From contig DWXH01000025.1 of the NCBI GenBank assembly GCA_019119305.1, forward strand, positions 18,681 through 82,680: 64,000 bases of DNA, in the 5' to 3' direction. Both the position numbers and the translations under genes were made by a program. Under the pieces are notes generated by a model. That model was not told where the DNA came from. It ran no database searches and worked only from the letters and a program-made list of their open reading frames with translations. Positions 20,970-30,045 of this stretch are shown in pieces. Position 1 is the first letter of the stretch; the number at the start of each line of letters is the position of its first letter. The stretch is from Candidatus Alistipes merdigallinarum (GTDB lineage Bacteria; Bacteroidota; Bacteroidia; Bacteroidales; Rikenellaceae).

Positions 20970-21860
20970 ATGCGAGAATCAAATCAACCGAAACCGTCAG
21001 AGTCCAAAAGATCGTCAAATGCCGGGGTGCCGCCGCGCCGGATGCCTCAGCCACAGGGACGTCGGCCGCGTCCGCAACGCATGCGCCTCCCCTTCGAACA
21101 GCGTCCGTTTGATATCGGGATGTGGATTTATGAGCATCGGGTTGGGCTGTGCTGTATGGTTATTGCTTATCTTGCGTTCGGTATCATTTTCGTCTCGACC
21201 AAAATCGTATTGAATACGCAGAAATACGACAATACGCTGTATGTCGATTTGACTGAGCTCCAGCAGCAACTGATGGAGGAGGAGCGGTTGAATCAACAGT
21301 TGCAGCAGGAGGAAGAGGAGGAGAGTACCCCGTTGCGCAATCGGGTCTCCGATGTGCATGGCGGTGCGGAGTCGGTGGGACGGTGGGATGAGTCGTCACA
21401 GGAGCCTTCCGAGTCCGAATCCGATTTTCAGGAGAGTCTCGACGAGGAGGCCGCTGCCGTAGCGAGTCGTCTCCGGGCTTCACGGGAGGCGTTTGAGAAA
21501 GGGCGGCGCGAGGAACAGGAGATGATTGACCGCCACAAAGCTCAGCGGGAAGCCAAAGAGGGAGAACAGGAGAGCGGGGTAAAGCAACAAGGGAACGTTT
21601 TGGTAGAGTACGATTTGCCGGGTCGGCGTGACGTGTCGTTGTTTATTCCGGCTTACCTGTGCGAAGGAAGCGGTCGGGTAGTGGTCAGCATTACGGTGAA
21701 CCGCAACGGGAAAGTGACGGCAGTATCGGTAAAGGAGAGTTCGGGGAGTAGTTGTATCAATGACTCTGCGGTCCGTGCGGCGCGTAACTCCACTTTCAAT
21801 GTCGATCCTTCGCGGGATAAACAGTCCGGTACGATTACCTACCGCTTCGTGCCGCAATAG
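20970..21860 (+). CDS. TonB/TolA-like membrane protein with TonB C-terminal-type domain
   Basis: Basic N-terminus, one TM helix ('VGLCCMVIAYLAFGIIFV'), a Glu/Gln-rich coiled region, and a C-terminal 'GRVVVSITVNRNGKVTAVSV...SAVRAARNSTF' TonB_C-like fold. The start was chosen from the promoter position. Confidence 0.6.
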   Translation: MRESNQPKPSESKRSSNAGVPPRRMPQPQGRRPRPQRMRLPFEQRPFDIGMWIYEHRVGLCCMVIAYLAFGIIFVSTKIVLNTQKYDNTLYVDLTELQQQLMEEERLNQQLQQEEEEESTPLRNRVSDVHGGAESVGRWDESSQEPSESESDFQESLDEEAAAVASRLRASREAFEKGRREEQEMIDRHKAQREAKEGEQESGVKQQGNVLVEYDLPGRRDVSLFIPAYLCEGSGRVVVSITVNRNGKVTAVSVKESSGSSCINDSAVRAARNSTFNVDPSRDKQSGTITYRFVPQ

Positions 21861-21907
21861 ACTTTCGGGAAAGTAAGATCCATTTGTACAGTTGGTTGCT
21901 ATATAAA

Positions 21908-21937
21908 ACACGGAAGCGTCGCTTCTGTGTTTTTTTA
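21908..21937 (+). terminator. Intrinsic terminator after the TonB-like gene
   Basis: 10 bp stem ACACGGAAGC/GCTTCTGTGT followed by T7. Confidence 0.75.
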
Positions 21938-22083
21938 TGCGGTATTAATTTTCGGGTGACATTTTATGCATCGGAAAATTTTCGATTCAAACGGGTGATT
22001 CTTGTCGGAGAAAAGATCCTTTTTGAGAGAAATGCCGAACAGCACGAACGAAGGTCACGATTTGGAGATAACCGGATTTGCAC

Positions 22084-22091
22084 TACCTTTG
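22084..22091 (+). promoter_or_regulatory. -7 box TACCTTTG for fabI
   Basis: Exact match 24 nt upstream of the ATG at 22115. Confidence 0.6.
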
Positions 22092-22114
22092 CCCCGCATT
22101 AATCAAGTGAAAAA

Positions 22115-22966
22115 ATGGCGTATAATTTATTAAAAGGGAAAAAAGGGCTGATTTTCGGAGCCCTGAATGAAGATTCGATCGCGTGGAAAGTGGCTCAGCG
22201 GGCAGTCGAAGAGGGCGCTGAGATCGTATTGACCAACACTCCGGTATCCATCCGTATGGGAACCATCGACCGTTTGGCCGAGACCTGCAATGCGATCGTC
22301 GTTCCGGCTGATGCCACGAGTGTTCCCGATCTCGAAAATCTGATCGATAAGACGATGGAGCATTTCGGCGGGAAGTTCGATTTCATTCTGCATTCGATCG
22401 GTATGTCATTGAATGTCCGCAAAGGGCGCACGTACGACGATTTGGATTACGATTATTTGGCTAAAACGCTCGATATATCCGCGATTTCGTTTCATAAGGT
22501 GATTCAGGTGGCCCGTAAAAAGGATGCGCTGAACGATTGGGCTTCTATTGTAGCGCTCTCCTATATTGCTGCGCAGCGGACCTTGTATGGTTATAACGAT
22601 ATGGCTGATGCCAAAGCACTGTTGGAATCTATTGCCCGCAGTTTCGGCTATATCTATGGTCGTGAAAAACATGTCCGGATCAATACCGTGTCGCAGTCGC
22701 CGACTCCGACGACCGCAGGAAAAGGGGTGTTGGGCATGGGCGATTTGATGGATTTTGCGGATCGTACCTCTCCGCTGGGAAATGCTACGGCGGATGATTG
22801 TGCCGGTTATGTACTGACGCTCTTCTCCGATTTGACCCGCAAGGTAACGATGCAGAATCTGTTCCACGACGGAGGATTCTCGAGTATGGGTATGAGCCGC
22901 CGGGCGATGAAACTCTATGAGAAAGGGCTCGAGGTGGAATACCGCGATATATCCAAACGGAAATAG
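22115..22966 (+). CDS. fabI: Enoyl-ACP reductase FabI
   Basis: 283 aa. 'LKGKKGLIFGALNEDSIAWKVA' matches the usual FabI N-terminus and the body is an SDR fold. Confidence 0.9.
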   Translation: MAYNLLKGKKGLIFGALNEDSIAWKVAQRAVEEGAEIVLTNTPVSIRMGTIDRLAETCNAIVVPADATSVPDLENLIDKTMEHFGGKFDFILHSIGMSLNVRKGRTYDDLDYDYLAKTLDISAISFHKVIQVARKKDALNDWASIVALSYIAAQRTLYGYNDMADAKALLESIARSFGYIYGREKHVRINTVSQSPTPTTAGKGVLGMGDLMDFADRTSPLGNATADDCAGYVLTLFSDLTRKVTMQNLFHDGGFSSMGMSRRAMKLYEKGLEVEYRDISKRK

Positions 22967-22997
22967 ATCTTTAAATGATTTTTGTGTAAAGGCACAA

Positions 22998-23034
22998 AGA
23001 GGGACGGCTTAAAATTCGGCCGTCCCTCTTCTTT
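22998..23034. terminator. Bidirectional terminator between convergent fabI and esterase copy 1
   Basis: Perfect 11 bp stem AGAGGGACGGC/GCCGTCCCTCT flanked by an A-tract and a T-tract. Confidence 0.75.
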
Positions 23035-23061
23035 GTGGGTATAAGGTATAATGATCGGTCG

Positions 23062-24501
23062 TTATCGGGCGTCGTTCCACGAATCTGTTCTGAACGGGAA
23101 TGCCGGCAGTCCGCCGCAGTTGTATAGTTCGGCGGCTTTGGGGACGTTGCGGAACGCATAACGAACGGCTACGGGTTCGGCGACGATTTCCGAGCTGACG
23201 ACAATTTCCTGTTTGTTAGGAACAAACTCGGCATGGGCCGGAATGAAGACCTTGTCCGCACCGGCGATTTCGAAGCCGAGAATGCGATTCGCGAGGCAGG
23301 GGCCTAAAGTTGCATCGCTGGTGAAGGTAACGTAAGCTTTGCCGTTTTCGAAGCGGGCTTCTTTGAAACGTGGACTGTGGGCAACGACCCCCTCCTCTTT
23401 ATAAGTCTCTTTCAGGGCGAGCAGGGCGAGACGCTTGCCGACGGATGGTTTGTCAGAGGGATGGATATAAACTTTGTCTCCGATGTCGGTTGTCGATGCC
23501 ATTCCCGAGTAGGGGATTTTGTCCATTGCATCGAGTTGTTGTTCGACGATTAACGGGACTTCGATGCGGTCTGTGCCCCAATATTCGTATGGAGCGATTT
23601 GGACGAAGTAGAACGGCATGTCGTCTTTACCCCAGAGGTCCCTCCAGAGTGCGACCATCTCTTGCATGAGTCGTGAGTAGGCCGAGATATCTTGCAGAAC
23701 GCCGTACATATGTATGTTCGATTCCCCCTGATACCAGATGAATCCCTGAGCTGTGTAATTGCTTAACGGGTGGATCATGGCGTTAAACAGACGTGCGGTC
23801 TGGTTGACCTCTCCGAATGTCATGTCTCGGGTCTGGTCGGGCTGGACCCTTTTGGCCGCTTCTTCCGACATCCATGATTCGATGCAGGTTCCTCCCCAGT
23901 CGGCTTCGATCAGCCCGATCGGGATGTCGAGTACATCATACAGGTTTTTCCCGAAGAAATAACCTGTCGCGCTGAATTCCGCGATGCTTTTTGTCGAGGC
24001 TTCTCTCCATCCGGTATCGGTGTGGCAGTCGTCGAGCGGTGTCTGGCTGATTTCTCGTTTGACGATGAACATCCGGATGTCTTTGTCTTTAGCTCCTTCG
24101 AGGATCGCTTCATTTGAACCATCGACCGGTTGGCCTCCGAATCCTGCTACGGGCATTTGCATGTTTGATTGTCCTGCACAGATCCAAACCTCACCGATCA
24201 TGACGTTGTTCAGCTCGACTTTATCTCCGTCGCTGATGGTGATCGAATAGGGCCCTCCGGCAGCAGGAGTCGATACGGCTACCTTCCAGGCTCCGTTTTC
24301 GTCGGCTCGAGTCGTATACTTTTTTTTGTTCCACGAGGTGGTGACGGTGACTTTTTTCTGTGGTTCGGCTTTCCCCCACAGGTTGGCTTCGGTTTGTCGT
24401 TGCAGTACCATATTGTCCTGTAACAGGGCAGGGAGTTGTACTTTCGCCGAAATTCCTGCAGAAAGCAATAACAATAGAATTATACTTAAAAGTTTTTTCA
24501 T
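23062..24501 (-). CDS. SASA-family (sialate 9-O-acetylesterase-like) carbohydrate O-acetylesterase, paralog 1
   Basis: 479 aa with a signal peptide. Family-typical N-terminus 'KVQLPALLQDNMVLQR...' and motif 'GEVWICAGQSNM'. Confidence 0.85.
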   Translation of the reverse strand: MKKLLSIILLLLLSAGISAKVQLPALLQDNMVLQRQTEANLWGKAEPQKKVTVTTSWNKKKYTTRADENGAWKVAVSTPAAGGPYSITISDGDKVELNNVMIGEVWICAGQSNMQMPVAGFGGQPVDGSNEAILEGAKDKDIRMFIVKREISQTPLDDCHTDTGWREASTKSIAEFSATGYFFGKNLYDVLDIPIGLIEADWGGTCIESWMSEEAAKRVQPDQTRDMTFGEVNQTARLFNAMIHPLSNYTAQGFIWYQGESNIHMYGVLQDISAYSRLMQEMVALWRDLWGKDDMPFYFVQIAPYEYWGTDRIEVPLIVEQQLDAMDKIPYSGMASTTDIGDKVYIHPSDKPSVGKRLALLALKETYKEEGVVAHSPRFKEARFENGKAYVTFTSDATLGPCLANRILGFEIAGADKVFIPAHAEFVPNKQEIVVSSEIVAEPVAVRYAFRNVPKAAELYNCGGLPAFPFRTDSWNDAR

Positions 24502-24588
24502 GATTGTGTATTTAGATTAAATAGAAGGTTGTTTGTAGTATCTATTTGGAGTAATAAAATTTGTATTGTGTTTTACCGATGGACAGAA

Positions 24589-26016
24589 TTAGCGGGCATC
24601 GTCCCATGAATCCGTTCTGAACGGGAATGCCGGCAATCCACCGCAGTTGTATAGTTCGGCGGTTTTGGGGACGTTGCGGAAAGCGTACCGTACGGCTACG
24701 GGGTCGGCGACGATCTCCGAGCTGACGACGATTTCCTGCGTACCGGGAACAAACTCGGCATGGGCAGGAATGAAGACCTTGTCCGCACCGGCGATTTCAA
24801 AACCGAGAATACGTCCTGTGTAGTCGGGACCCAACGTTGCGTCGCTGGTGAAGGTGACGTAGGCTTTCCCGTTTTCGAATCGGGCCTCTTTAAAGCGTGG
24901 ACTGTGTGCAATGACTCCTCCTTGTTTGTAGGTCTCTTTCAATGCGAGGAGCGCGAGGCGTTTCCCGACTGTGGGTTTGTATGGAGGATGGATACAGACT
25001 TTATCACCAATATCGGTCGTTGAGGCCATCCCTGAATAGGGAATTTTGTCCATCGCGTCGAGTTGCTGTTCAACGATTAATGGTACGTCGAACTGATCCG
25101 TACCCCAATATTGGTGGGGTGCGATCTGGACGAAGTAGAACGGCATGGTATCATTGCCCCACAGGTCGCGCCACAGCGAAACCATCTCCTGCATGAATTG
25201 AGAATAATAGGGAATATTTCTCATGTGTATATTCGATTCGCCTTGATACCAAATGAATCCTTGAGCCGTATAATTTCTTAATGGGTAGATCATGGCATTG
25301 AACAAGTGTGCAGTCTGGTTCGCCTCACCCCAATCCATACTTCGAGCTTGATCGGGTTGGACCTTTTTGGCTGCCTCTTCCGACATCCATGATTCGATAC
25401 AGGTCCCGCCCCAGTCGGTTTCGATCAGACCGATCGGTACATTCAGCACATCATAGAGGTTTTTACCGAAGAAGTAGCCAGTCGCACTGAACTCTGCAAT
25501 ACTTTGTGTCGAGGCTTCCCTCCATCCGGTATCGGTGTGGCAATCGTCAAGCGGAGTTTTACTTACTTCACGTTTTACGGTAAACATCCGGATGTTCTTG
25601 TCTTTAGCTCCGTTAAGGATCGCTTCGTTCGAACCTTCGACCGGTTGGCCTCCGAATCCGGCTACGGGCATCTGCATGTTCGATTGTCCGGAGCAGATCC
25701 AAACCTCACCGATCATGACGTTGTTCAGCTCGATTTTGTCCCCGTCGCTGATGGTGATCGAGTAGGGGCCTCCGGCTACAGGAGTCGATACGGCTACCTT
25801 CCAGGCTCCGTTTTCGTCGGCTTGAGTCGTATATTTTTCTTTGTTCCACGAGGTGGTGACGGTAACTTTTTTCTGCGGATCGGTTTTCCCCCACAGGTTG
25901 GCTTCAGTCTGTTGTTGCAGTACCATATTGTCCTGCAATAAAGCGGGGAGCTGTACTTTTGCGGAAATTCCGGCAGAAAGCAAAAGCGATAGGGTTAGAC
26001 TTAAAAATTTTTTCAT
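24589..26016 (-). CDS. SASA-family carbohydrate O-acetylesterase, paralog 2
   Basis: 475 aa, alignable end to end with paralogs 1 and 3 (roughly 85-90% identical by eye). Motif 'GEVWICSGQSNM'. Confidence 0.85.
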   Translation of the reverse strand: MKKFLSLTLSLLLSAGISAKVQLPALLQDNMVLQQQTEANLWGKTDPQKKVTVTTSWNKEKYTTQADENGAWKVAVSTPVAGGPYSITISDGDKIELNNVMIGEVWICSGQSNMQMPVAGFGGQPVEGSNEAILNGAKDKNIRMFTVKREVSKTPLDDCHTDTGWREASTQSIAEFSATGYFFGKNLYDVLNVPIGLIETDWGGTCIESWMSEEAAKKVQPDQARSMDWGEANQTAHLFNAMIYPLRNYTAQGFIWYQGESNIHMRNIPYYSQFMQEMVSLWRDLWGNDTMPFYFVQIAPHQYWGTDQFDVPLIVEQQLDAMDKIPYSGMASTTDIGDKVCIHPPYKPTVGKRLALLALKETYKQGGVIAHSPRFKEARFENGKAYVTFTSDATLGPDYTGRILGFEIAGADKVFIPAHAEFVPGTQEIVVSSEIVADPVAVRYAFRNVPKTAELYNCGGLPAFPFRTDSWDDAR

Positions 26017-26072
26017 GGTTCGAGATTTAGATTAGGTAAGATGTCGAAAAGTATCCGACAGTTCCATGTAGT

Positions 26073-26762
26073 TTAATCGAATGTTTCGGTAAAGGACCGT
26101 TTGTTTAGGTTGTTTATGTATTCTTTGTAGTCTTTGCCTGAATATGTGTCAGACCTGAAATAGTTGCATTGGGAAGGAGCACCTTTTAAAGAAAGCAATG
26201 AGTTATATGAACAATAGAAGTTGCCTTTTACGTATGTGGGGCCTCCTTCTAATGAGGTTAAAAAATTGTGGTGACAAAGATAATAGCCATCAACACGAGA
26301 AGGACCTCCTTCTAAAGTCGTTAGCTGATTTTCGATACAACAGAAATCGCCCCCAATGTTTTCGGGGCTTCCTTTTAATGAGGTTAATTTGTTTAATCCA
26401 CAATAATATCCACCGTGAACACATTGAGGACCATCTATTAATGTAGTTAATAGATTAGCAGTGCAATTGAAAAGACCGTTCACTTCTTTTGGACATCCTT
26501 TTAAAGATGTTAAATTACAATAACTTATATAAAAATCTCCATTAATTTTATTAAATTGGATAAAATCAGGGAATTTATCGTCTGTAAAATCTTTTTGATA
26601 AAAATAACAACTTTGATCTACATCAATAGTATAATCAGGATTAATTCTATAATTAGTTATTGGTTCAGTTAAATTCTTTAACCATTCCTCTATTAAATTA
26701 TACCTACCTAAATGTGAGGTATATAATATATCATCTACATTTATCTTACTAAAGTCTCTCAT
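26073..26762 (-). CDS. Hypothetical protein with six tandem 21-residue LRR-like repeats; AT-rich orphan gene
   Basis: 229 aa with no signal peptide. Residues 75-200 are 6 x 21 aa of G-x-[FY]-x-C-x2-N-x-L-T-[ST]-L-x-G-x-P-x2-V-x. The local G+C is far below that of the flanks. Confidence 0.6.
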   Translation of the reverse strand: MRDFSKINVDDILYTSHLGRYNLIEEWLKNLTEPITNYRINPDYTIDVDQSCYFYQKDFTDDKFPDFIQFNKINGDFYISYCNLTSLKGCPKEVNGLFNCTANLLTTLIDGPQCVHGGYYCGLNKLTSLKGSPENIGGDFCCIENQLTTLEGGPSRVDGYYLCHHNFLTSLEGGPTYVKGNFYCSYNSLLSLKGAPSQCNYFRSDTYSGKDYKEYINNLNKRSFTETFD

Positions 26763-26997
26763 TTTTTTTACTTTATATTCTTTATATTTTCATTTGTGTG
26801 TCGGTTTGAATTGGAATACATACATTCTAAAGGTGTGCCTTCTGACGATTATATTATATCAATCACCCCACTTGAAGATTATAAAGTATTCACAATTATA
26901 ACATGAGGAATGTACGAGTAATTTTACTAAATATTAGCCAGGTAGAACTGTAAAAACGGTTGTCCGCCAAAGACAAATGTCCAAAATGCCTGACAGA

Positions 26998-28431
26998 TTA
27001 GCGAGCGTCGTCCCACGAATCCGTTCTGAACGGGAATGCGGGCAGGCCTCCGCAGTTGTAGAGTCCGGCGGCTTTGGGTACGTTGCGGAAAGCGTAGCGT
27101 ACGGCTACGGGTTCGGCGACGATTTCCGAGCTGATGACGATCTCCTGCGTACCGGGAACAAACTCGGCATGTGCCGGAATGAAAACCTTGTCCGCACCGG
27201 CGATTTCAAAACCGAGAATACGTCCTGTGTAGTCGGGGCCCAATGTCGCGTCGCTGGTGAAGGTGATGTAAGCTTTCCCGTTTTCGAAGCGGGCTTCTTT
27301 GAGACGGGGACTATGGGCAACGATGCCTCCTTGTTTATAAGTCTCTTTTAGTGCGAGGAGTGCGAGGCGTTTTCCGACAGTGGGTTTGTATGGGGGATGG
27401 ATGCAGATTTTATCTCCTATATCGGTCGTTGAGGCCATTCCTGTATAAGGAATTTTGTCCATAGCGTCGAGTTGTTGTTCGACGATTAATGGTACGTCGA
27501 ACTGATCCGTACCCCAATATTGGTGGGGGGCAATCTGGACGAAATAGAACGGCATGGTATCATTGCCCCACAGGTTGCGCCACAACGAAACCATCTCCTG
27601 CATGAGCTGTGAATAGTAAGGTGTATTCCGTAAGAGAAGGTTCGTCTCTCCTTGGTACCAGATGAATCCTTTGGCGGTGTAGTTGATCAGCGGGTGGATC
27701 ATGGCGTTGAACAGACGAGCCGTTTGGTTATTCTCTCCCCAATCCATGCTTCGGGTCTGGTCGGGTTGGACCTTTTTGGCCGCCTCTTCCGTCATCCATG
27801 CTTCGATACAGGTTCCGCCCCAGTCGGTTTCGATCAGACCGATCGGCACATTCAGCACATCATACAGATTTTTCCCGAAGAAATAGCCTGTCGCACTGAA
27901 TTCTGCGATGCTTTGTGTGGAAGCCTCTCTCCATCCGGTATCGGTGTGGCAGTCATCGAGCGGCGTCGGGCTGATTTCACGTTTTACGATGAACATTCGG
28001 ATCTCTTTGTCTTTGGCTCCTTCGAGGATCGCGTCGTTCGAGCCGGTTACCGGTTGTCCGCCGAATCCGGCTACCGGCATCTGCATGTTCGACTGTCCGG
28101 AACAGATCCAAACCTCACCGATCATGACGTTGTTCAGTTCAACTTTATCTCCGTCGCTGATGGTGATCGAGTAGGGACCTCCTGCCACAGGGGTCGATAC
28201 GGCTACCTTCCAGGCTCCGTTTTCGTCGGCCTGAGTCGTATATTTTTCTTTGTTCCACGAGGTGGTGACTGTGATTTTTTTCTGCGGATCGGCTTTCCCC
28301 CACAGGTTGGCTTCGGTTTGTTGTTGCAGCACCATATTGTCCTGCAATAGGGTGGGAAGCTGTACTTTTGCCGAGAGCGTGGCTACGGCAAAAAGACAAA
28401 TGGTAAATAAAGACAGTTTTTTCATGGCCAT
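26998..28431 (-). CDS. SASA-family carbohydrate O-acetylesterase, paralog 3
   Basis: 477 aa, closest to paralog 2. Motif 'GEVWICSGQSNM'. Confidence 0.85.
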   Translation of the reverse strand: MAMKKLSLFTICLFAVATLSAKVQLPTLLQDNMVLQQQTEANLWGKADPQKKITVTTSWNKEKYTTQADENGAWKVAVSTPVAGGPYSITISDGDKVELNNVMIGEVWICSGQSNMQMPVAGFGGQPVTGSNDAILEGAKDKEIRMFIVKREISPTPLDDCHTDTGWREASTQSIAEFSATGYFFGKNLYDVLNVPIGLIETDWGGTCIEAWMTEEAAKKVQPDQTRSMDWGENNQTARLFNAMIHPLINYTAKGFIWYQGETNLLLRNTPYYSQLMQEMVSLWRNLWGNDTMPFYFVQIAPHQYWGTDQFDVPLIVEQQLDAMDKIPYTGMASTTDIGDKICIHPPYKPTVGKRLALLALKETYKQGGIVAHSPRLKEARFENGKAYITFTSDATLGPDYTGRILGFEIAGADKVFIPAHAEFVPGTQEIVISSEIVAEPVAVRYAFRNVPKAAGLYNCGGLPAFPFRTDSWDDAR

Positions 28432-28475
28432 TGAGTTATAGGTTTTAATTATATATGTCTGTTACTTCTTGATCG

Positions 28476-29975
28476 CTATTCCAGTCGTTTGTATTTGAAG
28501 TTTCGGAAAAAGACTTCACCCTCGCCGGCGGCATAAATGCCGGGTTGCAGGCTCAGGAATCCTTCTGCCATATTGTGGTGGTATCCCGATGTGTCGCAGG
28601 CTTTCGGTATTTTCGTCCACTGTTTCCCGTCAAAACTGTACCACGCCGAAACGATATGTTGGTCGTTCCGGAGTCGGAACCACAGGTGACGCGAGGTCAC
28701 CGGGATCCCGAACGTTTGGCTGCGGCCCAACAGGTGGAATACGATTTCGTTTTGTTGCACTCCGACTCCTGCATATAAATCGGGATTATAAAAAAGAATT
28801 AGGCCTGCCGAGCTACTGTCGTCACACATTGCTTCCACCACCATTTCATAGGCGTGGTCTCCTGTCTGAAAAAGCAACGATGTCGCGTTCGCCGGAGAAT
28901 TTCCGCGTGCACGGAGCACCAATGTTTGCGGCTCGTAACGAAAATCGGAGAGTGTGTATTCTCCTTGGAACCGCCATTGTGTTCCTATCCGGTCGGTGGA
29001 AAAATCGTCAGAGAAGTCGCGTCGTACTCCATTCGGTCTTTTGTCGATTTTGCCTTTGGTTGCGGGAACAAACCACCCTTCGGCATTCATCTCGACAGGT
29101 TCAATTAAAGTTTGGCGTCCTAATGTATAGTACCCTCGTTCATAGGCATGGTAAACGACATACCAATCTCCTTCAGGCGTGTCGATCAGCGTGCCGTGTC
29201 CTTTGGAACACCAGCGTTCGTCGTTATCGTATGTGTGGATCAGCGGATTATAGGGGCTGTTTTCCCAAGGTCCGGATAAATCTTCGGAACGGGCGACGAC
29301 TACCATGTGGCTGGTCGGTGGACCCGCGGTTCCCCCTTCGGCCGAGAGCATATAGTAGTATTTGCCGATTTTTCGGATTTTGGGCCCTTCCAAGCAGAAA
29401 CCTTCTACGTCCCACTCATCGGGATAGGTCCATCCTTCGTAAACTTTTTTTGCGGGACCGGCTATGGATAATCCGTCGGCCGCCAACGGGACGAGCATGC
29501 CGTTATCCATCATCAGGAAACGGTTCCCGTCCTGATCGACAGCGTGCCTCGGATCGATTCCTCCGATCTTGAGATCGACTGGATCACTCCACGGGCCATG
29601 CGGCGTATCGGCCCAAACCACCATGTTGGTGATGTGCTCCGGAGAGACGGCCGGGAAGTAGATATACCAGCGATCTCCGTATTTGACGATATCGGGAGCA
29701 TAAACTGAACCTACATATTTATGGAGGGCATTGGTGACAGGAGTCCAGTCTGTCAGGTTTTTCGATTCGAAAATCAACAATCCGGGCAGATACTCGAAAG
29801 AGGAGTGTACCATGTAATAGGTATCCCCGTCACGGAATATCGAAGGATCGGGGTAGTCTCCTCCCAACAAAAGAGTTTCGGAGCCGTTTTTCTCAGTCGG
29901 TTCTGCGCGGATTCCGGAGAATGCCGAGATCATGATACAACACAACAGGAGTAGTTTCGGTAGCGGGTTTCCCAT
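28476..29975 (-). CDS. Glycoside hydrolase family 43 (beta-xylosidase/alpha-L-arabinofuranosidase type) with C-terminal beta-sandwich
   Basis: 499 aa with a signal peptide. GH43 blocks 'GDYPDPSIFRDGDTYYMVHSS', 'APDIVKYGDRWYIY' and 'EGPKIRKIGKYYYM'. Confidence 0.85.
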   Translation of the reverse strand: MGNPLPKLLLLCCIMISAFSGIRAEPTEKNGSETLLLGGDYPDPSIFRDGDTYYMVHSSFEYLPGLLIFESKNLTDWTPVTNALHKYVGSVYAPDIVKYGDRWYIYFPAVSPEHITNMVVWADTPHGPWSDPVDLKIGGIDPRHAVDQDGNRFLMMDNGMLVPLAADGLSIAGPAKKVYEGWTYPDEWDVEGFCLEGPKIRKIGKYYYMLSAEGGTAGPPTSHMVVVARSEDLSGPWENSPYNPLIHTYDNDERWCSKGHGTLIDTPEGDWYVVYHAYERGYYTLGRQTLIEPVEMNAEGWFVPATKGKIDKRPNGVRRDFSDDFSTDRIGTQWRFQGEYTLSDFRYEPQTLVLRARGNSPANATSLLFQTGDHAYEMVVEAMCDDSSSAGLILFYNPDLYAGVGVQQNEIVFHLLGRSQTFGIPVTSRHLWFRLRNDQHIVSAWYSFDGKQWTKIPKACDTSGYHHNMAEGFLSLQPGIYAAGEGEVFFRNFKYKRLE

Positions 29976-30016
29976 AGTCGAATTGCTCTGTCGGGGGAGT
30001 GATTCCGACAGCTAAG

Positions 30017-30024
30017 CAAATTTA
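30017..30024 (-). promoter_or_regulatory. -7 box TAAATTTG (minus strand), candidate promoter of the GH43-esterase operon
   Basis: Plus-strand CAAATTTA, 42 nt upstream of the GH43 ATG at 29975. A 7 bp hairpin (CTGTCGG...CCGACAG) lies in between. Confidence 0.5.
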
Positions 30025-30045
30025 CTCTTTTTTAGGGAATTTTTG

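Larger units (their letters stand above)
23062..28431 (-). repeat. Tandem three-copy array of ~1.5 kb esterase gene units, interrupted by an AT-rich insert
   Basis: Nucleotide similarity is visible across the full length of the three genes. It extends a few nt past the stops ('gacaga(a)ttagcg') and, for copies 1 and 2, into the upstream 'atttagatta' segment. Confidence 0.85.
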
